DNA of 64,000 nt from the NCBI GenBank assembly GCA_047495785.1, contig JBLDXI010000031.1, forward strand, positions 186,001 to 250,000, read 5' to 3'. A program made the position numbers and the translations under genes. This DNA comes from Lepidodermella squamata (Eukaryota > Animalia > Gastrotricha). The notes under the pieces are model-generated. The model was not told where the DNA came from. It did no database searches and saw only the letters and a list, made by a program, of their open reading frames with translations. Positions 25,427 to 37,731 of the stretch are shown one piece after another. Each line of letters begins with the position of its first letter. The first letter of the stretch is position 1.

Positions 25427-26698
25427 TCAAAAGTATATCATCAAACAAGTCGTGATGTCGAAGAGCAAACATAGCATCGATGTGGTAGTAAACGCGATGG
25501 AATCAATAACGTTGATTTTTCGCAAATTCCACCTAGTAACTTTAGACTCTAGGTATTTCGCGTAGCTTTCGTCGTTTGTCAGCCGACAAGTTACGAGGCA
25601 ATAAATTGAAACAAATACTCCGATAGATATCTGAACAGCAAAGTTAACCTCCAGCCATATTACCTCTGCTGTATCTGGAATATTGTCGGTGATCACAGTC
25701 ATCAAGAAGGATGAGGAAAGGAAAACTGTTAGCGAAAAAACAGAACGATCAGACATTTCAGCGGGTAGAACAAAAGCGGATAGTTGAAGAATTTTCAGAA
25801 GAATCATGGGTAAAATTATAGTAGTGATGTAGCATTCTGCTTTTCGGACCATGATAAAGCTGAATTTCACCAGCGTATCGTAATCATGCAGAGTAGCATT
25901 AGTTCCCAAGAGGCGCCAAACATCTGCGTCAGAGAAATCGTGAAGCCCCAGGTCTCTCTCTCCAGTGTACATATTTCGGCTTCCGAAACCCTGGTCTTGG
26001 AATGACACTGCATATTTTTCGAAATGCTCTGCTCCTATGTCAATGGAGCAAGCTTGGGTGTCGAATGGGAACCTTTGTTATGAAGATATTATTCGATGAT
26101 TTCATGAATTAGATTAGCTCACTTTTTGAACCTGAGGAAACAGGTCGAATCGTATTTTGAGATGACGCTCAAAGAAGCCTTTCCGCTAGCTTTTAGATAT
26201 GCCTTTTTCTGATCCGTCCTTTAACAAAGAAACGTGAAACTATCTTATACTATTAGTTTTAGGAATCAATTACCAAAGGAATGGATCGGTGTAACCAACC
26301 CTGTTTGTGTGCACCAAATGTGGCACCCAGATTTCATCTTTCACTCGATAGCAGCAGTATTCCGGAGCTGTCGAATTCTTTCGGATGTCTTTGTTTGCCA
26401 TCCATTTGGCGCATTCAGGAAGCTGCCATTGCGCTATAACTTCGGCTTGCACCGAGAAGAGTTGATCGGCGTCATTGAGACCAACGAATGATATCGGCTG
26501 AAGCCGCAAGGAGACTGCAACTCGTCCGTTGCTGCCCCTAGGTTCGACATTGGTACTGCGAAGGTAAGGGCAGATGGCTTGCAAGTTCTGGCAAAATTCA
26601 TCCTTTGGGTGTAGTTCATACGGTTTGAATTTATCAGGCGCTTTCAGACTACAGGTTACACCTGCAAAAAGCAGAAGTACAAAAGAAGTTAGCGACAT
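25427..26698 (-). CDS. Divergent Cys-loop channel subunit (copy 4)
   Basis: Three conserved exons; Cys-loop CFLRFKKFPFDTQAC; M2 SDRSVFSLTVFL. Confidence 0.88.
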
Positions 26699-26803
26699 TA
26701 TGAAACATGCCAACCGTATGATGCTTTATGCTTTTATGTAGACAGATCCCGGATATTGCTAACTCACATCACAAGTGCGAGATCGCAGAGGCAAAAGAAT
26801 AAC

Positions 26804-27736
26804 GCACATTTCCCCATCCGCCGGTGTTTCCTCCACGCGCGCGCTCCTATTGGTTGGTTAAATTTACTCGTAATTGCACGGCGCGCGCATTTATTGCGCA
26901 ACAAATAATTGCAGCTTTCTACGCGCGCGCTGCAAAATCACAAGAAAACCACAAGTCAGCTAGCCCGAATTGAACAAGTCCAGTATATCATGTGAAGCGC
27001 GCGCATCGAGAGTACATTTTTCAATTAGTATCAAGTTTGAAAAAATTGCAAATCAAGAAGATATGCGAGAAATAATGATGCCTTAAAATGGACAGGGCGC
27101 TCAAAAATATTTCCAAGCAAAATAAAATCGCGCCACTATGGTTCATCATGATATTGTGTCGCTTTCGCGAATTCGCAATTTTTCTACATTTTTAGAAGCG
27201 CTTGAGTTTTGATCATTCTAAGGAATTTTTACATCCACTTTATATTATAAGCGGCTTTAATGAGCGGTAACTTTTCAAAGGCATAAACTTTCAAGGGCAA
27301 GAAACATTTTTTAATCAATTCGATGTAGCGCGAAAATAATCAAATGGTTGGAGTCTCAAGCTATATTTTGATGAAAATCACCGAAAATAGTTCGTGCCAT
27401 CGGTGCGCGCTTTCGCAATTTGTTAGTTAAAATTTGAATTTTCTAATTTGCGCGCGCATTATTTTCTATTTTCTATTCAATAGATCGGTAAATACGAACA
27501 AAATACATGATAATCCATATTTTGTCAAGTTTTTCGACAACAAAATCTGCCTTAATTTAAGCTTTTTTATTTTCTTGAAAGCATTTCGCTGACTCAGCGC
27601 AGGGCGCAGCCGTCTTTGCTCTTATCCGTGCGCGCGCGCGCGCACGAAGGCTGTAATTATCTCAGTTGTTGCGCAACAAGGCCCAGCCAATAGGAGCGCG
27701 CGCGCGGAGGAAACACCGGCGGATGGGGAAATGTGC
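26804..27736. mobile_element. Non-autonomous Mutator/MULE-type element
   Basis: TIRs of about 50 bp (GCACATTTCCCCATCCGCCGGTGTTTCCTCC...); 9-bp TSD AAGAATAAC at 26795-26803 and 27737-27745. Confidence 0.9.
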
Positions 27737-27988
27737 AAGAATAACAGATAAATCGGGTGTTTGCTTATCACATCAATCAATCAATCAATTTAGTTGCAAA
27801 CTTCATTTACAGGACTAGAAGGGCACGCAGGCCTCTTACAATAACCCGGGGCAATCATATTTCCTTTACAATATTTTTTCAGATTCACGCGGTACAAATT
27901 TTGTTTTACGATATTGTTCTTTATATTATCGTATTACAAGTTTCTTTGAGTAAATGTTGTTTATGAAACGTAACGCATTTATTCGAAT

Positions 27989-28033
27989 TCCAACGTTTCA
28001 GTTATTCTCGATAACCATCTTGAGTCTTCAGGG
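27989..28033 (-). ncRNA. Minimal hammerhead-ribozyme-like relic of a Penelope-like pseudo-LTR
   Basis: Minus strand reads CC-CTGAAGA-ctcaaga-T-GGTTAT-cgaga-ATAACT-GAAAC-GTT-GGA, followed by AATAAA. Same strand as, and 3' of, the GIY-YIG ORF once the Harbinger is removed. Confidence 0.55.
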
Positions 28034-28424
28034 ATTATTTAAGAAACTAAATCGAAATTTGAAGTTAAAATAATAATTAAAGTTGATGTTTTTAGAACAT
28101 ATTGGGGCAGTTGATCGAAGGTCATTTACTGTTATCTCCTCATTTTTTAATTATCTTGCACCGCCAAATATTTATCATAAGTTCCCACAGAAATATGATA
28201 AAAAACACCATTTATCGTAATTTATGCTGCATAATTTGCACACCCTTATTACGAAAAAGCTATATATTATTGCACAAATTATATGTTACGACTGATTGTT
28301 GAGTCGATACCCCATGGCGTAACACGTTTTTAGTACCGAGAAGAAGGGTATATATACCTACGCCGTGAATTGATTTTCATCCACTTCATCATCATCATTT
28401 TTATTGCTATCCGATTTTCAATCA

Positions 28425-29253
28425 ATGGCGAGAACATTGGCTTTGGCCCGAAAAGCCGCCGGGCGTCGCCGAACAGCAAAGCGCGCTCGAAAACCCCGGG
28501 CGAGTTTCTCCTTGGCCGACAAGGAGCGGCTGGTAAGCCTGGCGAAGAAACACTTCGATACTCTTGAAGACAAAAACTCATCTAACGAGACGGCATTGGC
28601 AAAGCAAAGTGCTTGGAAGACAATTGCGCGCGAATATGCGAAGAAGCGCGGCAACCGCCAGCCGCTGCACACTCTGGATGAGCTAAAAAACTTGTGGAGT
28701 CGAATCGTGGTCAAGATTCGCGAGAAGATCCGCGAGGAATCGTTGGATGATGCCTTGCCGCACCCTTACGAAACCTACGAATATCTAATTCTGAACGATG
28801 TCAAGCGCATTTCACCGACTGGACTACGAGGCCTGCGAGGTTAAGTGCTGATAATATAAGCATTCTTTTTTAAATATTCTTGTCACAGGTATTCGCAATT
28901 CCGATGCCCTGGAACTGAGCGATGAAGAAGATGATGGCGGCGAGTTCGACCTCTCGGAGGAAGATGCTGACGAATTCGACGGTTCAGATCCCGATGGCGA
29001 TGACGACGACAATGGGTCCGATGTTGCCGGCACCAGCGGCCATGCCTCATCGGCTAAGAGTCGCCGCGAAACTGTTGCTGAGAAGAAAGCTAAGCTCCAG
29101 TCGCTCGCCGTCGAAAAAGCTGAACTCGAAAATGCGATTCTTCGAGAACAACTGGAGGAGCTCAAGCACAAGAAGGCGACTGGATCAACCTCCACCCTGC
29201 TTGCTTCTTCACTCAACTCTTCCGAACAGAACCCGTTCGAAAAATACGATTGA
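28425..29253 (+). CDS. Harbinger Myb/SANT-like DNA-binding protein
   Basis: Exons 28425-28839 and 28889-29253; FSLADKERLVSL...KQSAWKTIAREY...LKNLWSR; acidic tract and coiled coil. Confidence 0.85.
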
Positions 29254-29436
29254 ACATGAATGAATCAGATTGACATTCAACGAACAATGACTTTCTTATT
29301 TTTCACTTTTTCATGATACATTAGATGTGATAAAACTAGAAGATCGACCAGTTTTAGTAGCTAGGCAAGCCGAATTTGAAATAAACCATTATCAATTCTT
29401 GCAAGCTTATTTTCGATCCAAAAAAAGCATTAATAG

Positions 29437-30569
29437 TCACGTGAAGTATCGATCAATAATACTGCGGCGAATTCGTTCTCCCAGTGTCATAGCCAGGTAT
29501 TCGCCTTGATCATGAGCTTCCGGCGCCTCAACTTCATCTTCCATTTCATTATCGCCAAGGATCGGCGGTTCGCGCAGATTGATTGCAATGTTGTGTAAGA
29601 CAGCGCATGCGAGGATGACATTAGCACAGCGATCGGCTCGAAATCTGAGGCGATTGTCTACGCTTTGTAGACAGCGAAAACGGCTCTTCAAAATGCCGAA
29701 AAGACGTTCAATAACAGCACGACAACGACTTAGCGATCGGTTGTAGTCCAACTCTGCGTCAGTTGTAGGATTTCTGAGAGGGGTCAGCAGCTCGGGAGCG
29801 ACTTGATAACCCTTGTCGGCTATAAGGTGGTATCCATTGAAGCGTGGCGCACATTGCAGTTTCTTTTTCACCTGCGAAGACTTGTAAATCGTCGAGTCAT
29901 GAACACTGCCCGGCCAACGGGCAACTATGTCCCTAATCCGGCCCTCGAAATCGCAGACTACTTGGACATTGAGAGCGTAATATTCTGAAACAAAAATGCC
30001 TAGAAACATTTCGATTTCAGTAATTAAAGAAATACTTTTTCTACACCAAAAAACATCGGGGTCAGGGAGATGCGACTGTTTTTGAATTTTGATCAAGGAG
30101 CAATCAACTGCGCCCAGACAATTCGGGAAGCCACCATATTCGTAGAAACTCGCAGCTATTTCACGCACTTCTTGATTGTTTCGAGGCATAACTACGAATT
30201 TGTCCAGCTTCCTGGCAAGTGCCTCAGCCACAAGATGAACAATTTTGCAGACACTAGTATGATCAACACCGTGAATATCTCCTATTCATCAGAGACAATT
30301 AAAATTTCGCCGAATAGGGATATCATACCTATCACACGTTGGAAACCACCAGTAGCGAAAAATCGCAGTGTGATCAGTACCTGAAGCATTGTCGAAATTG
30401 ATTTATTCCGGTTAGTCCGGCGACGTACCAAATCCCGTTTAATGAGCCTGTGAATCTTCTTAACTGACTTCTTTGTAAAACGATAGCGTAGAAAAAACTG
30501 ATTTTCGCTGAAAGTCGTGAAAGGATTGGAACGGTCACGGATGACGCGTTCCTGATTGAAAACAGGCAT
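29437..30569 (-). CDS. Harbinger transposase (HARBI1-like, DDE_Tnp_4)
   Basis: Three exons; FFLRYRF, LRFFATG, GAVDCSLIKI, YALNVQVVCD, WPGSVHDS, ADKGY, IERLFGILKSRFR. Confidence 0.92.
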
Positions 30570-30880
30570 TTCGACTGGCTGATGATGAAGAAATCAGCAA
30601 TTTCGAGCTTCAAATTCAAAACATTGGAACAATGACGTCCCATCTTGTGATTGTGACGTAATTTACATAGCAATTTGCGCAATTGCCTATTACTGATGAA
30701 TTGCAGACATCGATAAATTTAAATTTAAATTAACTTAAACTAACTCATCTGAAAATTAGCCCCACGTTATAATAATTTCGGCTACCTTAGTAAAAATTAT
30801 AGTAAATAAATTATAATCAGGATAACATACGTTATTGTAAAGAACGTACGATCAACTGCCCCATTGAAATTATGATCCGA

Positions 30881-31590
30881 TTAGCTTTTCATCTTCTTCT
30901 TGCACTTCTCATGGAATATCGGCTCCGTAAATAACTTAGCTTTGATCGAGTCGTTTTGTTTGTTGAGATTAGGCTTAAGCTTACGAATGTAGAGCATTTC
31001 GAGAATAAGGCAGTCCCATTTAGTTTGTCCTTTAGCGAGCACCTTGAAATAATTGTCAAGTTCGTCCTTCCCAACGTCATGCTGCTCCATATGTTTGCCG
31101 ACTTCCGTGTATCGATGACCTTCAACGCGTTGATGTAAGTGTTTGGATGTCATGCCAGCATAATCAGTTTCGCACTAATCACACTTAAAGTGATGCACAA
31201 CACGTTGCTGGTTAACGATTTGCGGCTTCGGCTCCTTGGGGCGGAAATTGTCGATGACTTTCTTGCTAAGGAATATTGGTTCTACAGACAATTCTATTTT
31301 GTTACTTAGGTCTCGAAGTTGACGCTTAACCACCTGTGACGCTTTTTCATCAATAAATGGCATAGTTATGCGAATCGGTTGATTTCCATCCTTCGATTTC
31401 GGTTGATTGAACTCGCCAGTGACAGCTCGCTCAGTAAATCTAGACACGATCGAATCAAATTGTTCAGTAGGATAATTAAGGTTCTTAAGACAGTCCGTAG
31501 TCGCTTCACTTCAATATCGAAAAGTGACCAGTCTGATGAAAGATGATGAAAGATGATCGTGAGCTTAGTTGTATCCTTAGTCAAGCATCT
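30881..31590 (-). mobile_element. 5'-truncated, decayed Penelope-like retroelement (linker plus GIY-YIG endonuclease)
   Basis: ITMPFID..., VVHHFKCD*CETDYAGMTSKHLHQRVEGH, LILEMLYIRKLKPNLNKQ; internal stop; no RT core visible. Confidence 0.82.
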
Positions 31591-32057
31591 CTCTTATCTC
31601 CTATGAAAACCGTGATTGTGGAAGCCTTGTTGTTTTCCGCTCCTTCGATGAATCAGGTGAATTTCTGTTTATCTATCATTTGCTTCCCTGATTAGTAGCA
31701 TTTTCATGACTTCAAAGTAATGCCGTGTAAGAATTCGGGAACATTATTTCTCCTTGGACTTCAAGCTCGATTTCCTCAGTTTTTCTACTACGTACTTAAG
31801 CAGTTAATTTGTGCAAGCTGTGTTAGCTTGAGGCACACTGTAAAAAGCATATGGAAAGCAAGGGTCAATAAGTTGCAAGTTTTCGATTTCGAAGCGATTC
31901 GGAGTAACGGGCTCAGAGCTCAGAATACGATCTGAGTCTCATCTATAGAATATCCAGAAACCTATCAATGCATGTCTAATGTATATTACAGCCGCTGAAG
32001 TATCTCACAAAGTACAGGGGGATGGAGCATTCGGACCTCAGTTCGATAGGTTTAGGC

Positions 32058-32689
32058 CAGCGGTTCTCACGACGGAGCACTCCCGACCCTGAAAGTGGGT
32101 TTCAAGACAATTTGGCGACCCTGGCGTTTGAAATGTTCAATTTTGGGGTAGCATTTTTTTTCTTTTTTATTCGAATAAATTAGGCATCTGCTAGGCATCT
32201 TTAACAGGAACTAGTAATAAACATCTCTAATTTCAACTCAAATTTTTGGATACGCTTGGAACAGTAAGCGATCTTAGATCCTGGAGATGCCAGGGATGAG
32301 ACTTTTTTTTCTGTTTTCTCCAAACTGACTAGTCATATCCACTAAAGAAAACGAGCGAAGCGAGGAAATTATGAAGATCCCTACCAAAACTCTTTTTAAA
32401 ATTGACTAAACAGTGGGCTAAGGTTTCAATTTCTTCAACCGTCAGATCGTGCTTTGGGATCCCCCTGAAAGTCGAACACTGGCTTGGAAAGAGAGAAAAT
32501 TAACGTTAAAATTCAGAATGAGCCTGTTAAAATGTTTTAGAGCGTGAAAAGAGCGTGTTTTGGAGGTTACTTTTTTGATAACCTATTTTGCCTTGCGACC
32601 CTTGCGACCTGCGGTTCATCCAGCAACACATCGAAAAATGTCCCTGCGACCCAATTTAGGGTCGCAAAACCCCCTCATGAGAACCGCTG
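32058..32689. mobile_element. Non-autonomous hAT-type element
   Basis: TIRs CAGCGGTTCTCA / TGAGAACCGCTG; 8-bp TSD GTTTAGGC at 32050-57 and 32690-97. Confidence 0.88.
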
Positions 32690-32993
32690 GTTTAGGCTAG
32701 AAAACCCGAATAGCTCGGGGATCCTGCTTCACACACTGGCACGAAGCTGACGCTAACGAGAAAAATGCGAGTAAACAGTGTATTAGGCTGCAGGTTCAAT
32801 ATCTCAGGAAAAAGCTTTTCTTTTCCAATCTCCGATGTTTGCCAAGTTTGCCACGCCAGAGCCCGCACACACTCGGAATTGTAAACAACACTGGCTACCA
32901 ATTAAAATTGTTCTCTTTTTGGGTTCAGAAACAGTTTTCTCTTCGGCTTTTCGAATTGTTGGATATTGTAACTGGTTGGTAGCAACTAACAAA

Positions 32994-34193
32994 ATGAAAC
33001 ACCTTCTGAGTCTCATGCTAACAGTTTTTCTGGCCAACATTTGTTCGGCAACGGCTTTGCCATTGCTGTACGAAAAAAAGGAGGCAGATTATTTCGATAA
33101 CATGTGTAGTCTAGCGAAATCAAAGCGGCTAATTCAAGAAATTCAGATGCAAGGACAGGCAAAAGCAATGCCATTGAAAGGTTCGATCTTCATCTACCTT
33201 TACGAAATCAAAAAAATTGATGACATCAGTGAAAGGTTAGTTAGATTTCGTCTGAAAGATATATATCAATTTTTGCGTTCCTTGTTCAGTTTAACTGCGA
33301 TGGCCACTGTGATTTTCTCCTGGGAAATGCCTACCTTCGGGTGTCTGGGTTTTAACTCAAATACTGAATACGTTTTCTATCGCCCACGAGCTGAAACTTG
33401 GTCACTTTCAGCTACTCATATGAACGCCCTTACAACAGCTGATTGGCCGACTAATTTTTCGAATGAAGTCTACTACAACGCAACAAAAACTCCTGTTATC
33501 GCGGCTCATCAAAACGAAGTCCTCATTGACACTAACTGCGACGGATTTCAATTGACTTTCTTCCCATTCGACAAGATGTTATGCTCGATTGAGCTTGAAA
33601 TCACCGAAGAATCGTATTCAATAACTGTGGAAGCCTTGGAAATTCAACATGATCAGGAATTGCTGGATGATGGTGATATATGGGTTGAACTCACTGCTGA
33701 ATTTAACACGACGAAAGTTTCAATAGAGCGTTCGATTGGTGTTTACGAGCGGCTATCGTATAACATGGCCTTCAGACGCAAACAAGACTACTTTGTCGGA
33801 AATATATTCCTGCCGTTGCTGTCAATGGTTGTTCTTCAGCTGTCATCATTCATCATGAATCCGGGTCACCCGGACAGGCCTATGTTCTGCATCACCGTTG
33901 TTTTGGCCTTCTCTGTACTTCTGTCTATTGTTTTCGACACGATTCCAGCTACGTCCGAGCCAGTACATCTTATCACCGCGATTGTAATCCAGATGGCTGT
34001 ATGCGTCCTGATTACTGTCTACATGCTAGTTGCGAATACATTGGCTGACACGGAATGGGGCGAGCGGAAAAGCAAGGGAGGCTCGTTATCGAATGTTAGG
34101 AAAATGGATATAGCCATTTCCTTTGTCTCATTTTTGGTTTTCGCTGGATCTGGTGGCTATTATGCCTATAAAATGGTTAAAAATATTCCATAA
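32994..34193 (+). CDS. Divergent Cys-loop channel subunit (copy 5, distinct subfamily)
   Basis: Signal peptide MKHLLSLML...; probable 54-bp in-frame intron 33236-33289; Cys-loop CDGFQLTFFPFDKMLC (x14); RRKQDYFVGNIFLP; M2 PDRPMFCITVVL. Confidence 0.88.
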   Translation: MKHLLSLMLTVFLANICSATALPLLYEKKEADYFDNMCSLAKSKRLIQEIQMQGQAKAMPLKGSIFIYLYEIKKIDDISERLVRFRLKDIYQFLRSLFSLTAMATVIFSWEMPTFGCLGFNSNTEYVFYRPRAETWSLSATHMNALTTADWPTNFSNEVYYNATKTPVIAAHQNEVLIDTNCDGFQLTFFPFDKMLCSIELEITEESYSITVEALEIQHDQELLDDGDIWVELTAEFNTTKVSIERSIGVYERLSYNMAFRRKQDYFVGNIFLPLLSMVVLQLSSFIMNPGHPDRPMFCITVVLAFSVLLSIVFDTIPATSEPVHLITAIVIQMAVCVLITVYMLVANTLADTEWGERKSKGGSLSNVRKMDIAISFVSFLVFAGSGGYYAYKMVKNIP

Positions 34194-35125
34194 TTGACAA
34201 GGGAATCCCTCTGTTGACCTAACAACTGTAATTCTAAGCAAATAACCGATTCAATCATCACTTGTGTTCATACTCTTCGCGTAAATTCGTATTTGAGTGT
34301 CGTTATTACAGCTTCAAGCTTGTTGCGAAGTGCGTTCTTGAATTTTCAATTATTGATATCGATAAGAAGCTCTTATTCTTTGCTTGTGGGTTTTATTTTA
34401 TGAATAATTTTTAATAAAAAGACTTCGGACTTCAAGGAAAATTGAACGTTGACTTTCAAAGGAGTTAAAGGTGAACTAACTTGAAAGAAATTGAAAACTA
34501 TGAGAAAAATAAGGTAAAGCCTGTTATTGCAATGAAATGCTAGACTTCGATGTTCGATTTCATGATCGAGACTCAGTTTGAACAAGCTTAATAGGTAAAA
34601 TTTTAAAAAGCCAATTTTCACGTACATTTATTAGGGCGTAGTCACTCTTGTTTTGTGAAAAAGAGCCTATTTCATGCAGTCTCCATTTTTGCAAACGGTG
34701 AATCAGGCGCATCCCCGAATGTTTCCCTATGCCATATCGGCTTCCTTTCTCTCGTTTTCTCGGCTATACTGACAATTCTGTGAGTGCTTCTCAGTTTCTA
34801 TGGTACCAAAGCAAGGCATATCAAATTCACTCAAGTAAACCAAAGTAGTGGCTTATCTCTCGTTTTATGGACTCCTCACCGAGTCTACTGCACCTAGAGA
34901 TAACGTAGCAGCTCATAAATTTGTTTGCTGCGTGACTCAACTTTTATTTTTGTTGTTTATTGCTACTGTTTCTTGGCCCCTGGACAGCAGAATCGAACTC
35001 AAATTGGACGTTAGCCATTATTTCTGAACTAATTGAAAAGATCAGTCGAGTGCAACTCAATTCAGTATTTAAAGATCCTACTATCAGTTTTCCAAACTTG
35101 CATTTTTCTCCTAAAGCTTTAAAAA

Positions 35126-37256
35126 ATGAGAAAACCTTGGTTACAGTGGCTTCAGCACTACATCGGCCACCACTTTCAGGTGAATCGAGTCGCGATGCTA
35201 TTTGTGCGTGATCAAACATTTTCAATGGCTGAATATGAGTCGATTACCGAACAACGCAACGAAGAAACAAAAACGTTATGTTTCTACAAAACCCTTGTCT
35301 GTAAAGATGAATCTAAACTCGATGTTTTTGTGAGGTAAGTCATAAGTCAATTTTGCTGGAGACGTCTACGGAGTAACCATTCTGTTTTTTAGACATTTGC
35401 GAGAGGTTGGTAACTTGGAGCTGGCCGATGAGCTAGAGCTTGGAATCGCGAAAGAAAGATCGAGGCTGTCGAAAACAGAAGTTTCTGCTCTCCGCCAATC
35501 GTTGAGCTCTGATAGTGATTTCCCGATCGAGGTTCAACCTGCGTCTCCCGATTATTATCCTATGATGAATCATGCGATATCATCCCCAATCTCGCTAAGG
35601 CGGCAAAGTGTTTCTAGCAACCTACGCTTGACTCCTCCATCCGTCGGAGTTATTCCTATGAGAAGTCGGACGAGTAGCCAGAGTGAATTCTTCAATCCGG
35701 GTACACCGCAGCCAACATCCTCATCTTGGCCGAATCGGTTCACTTTTGAGCCCGATCAACTCCAGCGCATGATGGAAGTAATGGAGATAACTCAGGAAGA
35801 AAGCCCTACGAGGCCGATTAACTTGCTTCAAGTTCCTTCAGTGAAGATTTCGAGTTCTGTTGAATCAGACGAAGCTCTTCATTTCAAAGCGGCGCCAATG
35901 CCTTCAAATTCCGACCAAAGCTACCGCCAACAGCTGAGATCGTCTCTCTTCAAAGCATTCGATAGTTCCAGGTATTGCGATGCTTGTATCCGAGACGCGC
36001 TATGTGATCGCATTGAAATTTGGCTGACGATGAGCCCTCGTGAAAGCCTTTTGACTCTTCTTTTCATCGGCCCGAGTGGAACTGGGAAGAATAAAATGCT
36101 AAAGGCAATCGCGGGCGCTCTTCGATGCAAAATTTACTCTAATCCCATCAACCTCTCACAGCAATTGGATGAATCTGAAACCTCGATACTCTTCACTGAA
36201 GGCTACTCCACCAGCAAGTCTGAATCCCTTTCTCTCGTCTCAAACTCGAGCTCGACTGAAGAGAAAACATCGCCGCTCGAATTCACAAGAAGTCTGAGAT
36301 CTCTTCACCGAGATCTTCGATCGGCCCTCTCGAATGGAAACTCGCGGAAAATTCTACATGTAATCATACAAAACAGCGATGACATTTTCAAACTGCTATC
36401 CGAAGAAGATAAGCAAAGTCGAAAACGGTCGTCGTCTTTCTCCTCTTTTAATGATGAAAACTTTAAAAGCTTTTCGCCAGACCTAACCACCGTGAGTTAT
36501 CAGGATGAAATTCTTGATTTTTGATTAATGATAATTTTTCAGTATTTTGGACCGGATTTTTCAAAGCTGTTCTCTGAAAACGGCGTGTTTGTGTTTCGCC
36601 CAGTTTCAAATCGAAATGACGAATTGTCAATCGTTGCAAGAGATCTTAATCGAGCCTGTACTTTCCTCGATCAGCAAAGAAAAGAGAAATCGATGAGGAT
36701 TGTTCGTGATTTCCTGAACGACCTGTCTCTGAAAGCAACGCCCCTCGATCACGTGTCCAATGAAACAAGAGATGCTCTAGCCAGACAACTGATTGACAGC
36801 CTGTCCAGTCAACCTAGCGTTACGCGATTCGACCTTTTCAAAAGCTATCACATGGATTCTAGCTATAAGGAACCTAAAAAGAAACTCAGGTCTCGGTCTT
36901 CGCTGGATAAGCTTTCGAAGTGGCTGCCAGGTAGAAGCTCCTTCCGAGCTTCAAAAAAGCAAAAACCAAGAATTAAGACTGGCGCAGAACTTGAGGAAGA
37001 ACGTCTTCTAGAACGGCTCCTTCTGCACGTCAAAAGCAAGGGTCCTTTGTCACGTAAATGCTATCAATGCATTTTGGATCTGCTGAGCGATTTGTTGACA
37101 AATGAAAGCGATCATCTTCAGTTGGCACTGAAACTCAAGTTCTCTACTGGAGATTCGTCCCAGGCACGCGAATCGCAAATAAATGAAATCACAAGAGGCG
37201 ACCTTGAGTTCAATCTCGTTAGAACGAGAGCTGAGGAAAGAAACATTCCTCCGTGA
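35126..37256 (+). CDS. Protein with N-terminal CARD/death-fold-like domain, Ser/Pro-rich linker and P-loop (AAA+-like) region
   Basis: Exons 35126-35334, 35393-36491 and 36543-37256 splice in frame. CARD-like pattern EYESI...DVFVRHLREVGNLELADELE; Walker A LLFIGPSGTGKN. Confidence 0.65.
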
Positions 37257-37731
37257 TTGATCGGCGCCATCCTTACAACGCTTAATTATTACTTTACTCG
37301 TCACTCTAAGCTGCTTTTTACGCCTAAAGATACAAATAAATTACGCCACTATTGAGAGCAAAAGGGTGATCATGGTTTCTATTTACTGTAGAGCCTAGTG
37401 CGGTTTACCTATGAGTAAGAATTCACAAGATCGAGCAGAAAGATTTCTAAATTCGAGGAATTGCTTATCTAGTTATTTTTCTCAGGTAAAATAGGCAAGC
37501 ACACGCTGAACTTGCAAAATAGTAGGACAGTTTTTGTTACTCCAGTATTTATTGGTTTTCAAAGAAAAAATCGTAAAAATGTTCCAGCCTTGCGATTTGA
37601 TTATCTGGAACGATATTCAATAAAGCCCGAATTATTGAAGAGTTCGTTTACTCAGGATTGATCTGATCTCTCATGTTTATCTACAGAAGGGCAGACGCTT
37701 GAAAAGAACAGCTTGCTCTCACATAGCTGTG

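Larger units (their letters stand above)
28104..30862. mobile_element. Full-length PIF/Harbinger DNA transposon
   Basis: TIRs GGGGCAGTTGATCG / CGATCAACTGCCCC; 3-bp TSD ATT; contains convergent Myb/SANT-like and transposase genes. Confidence 0.92.
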
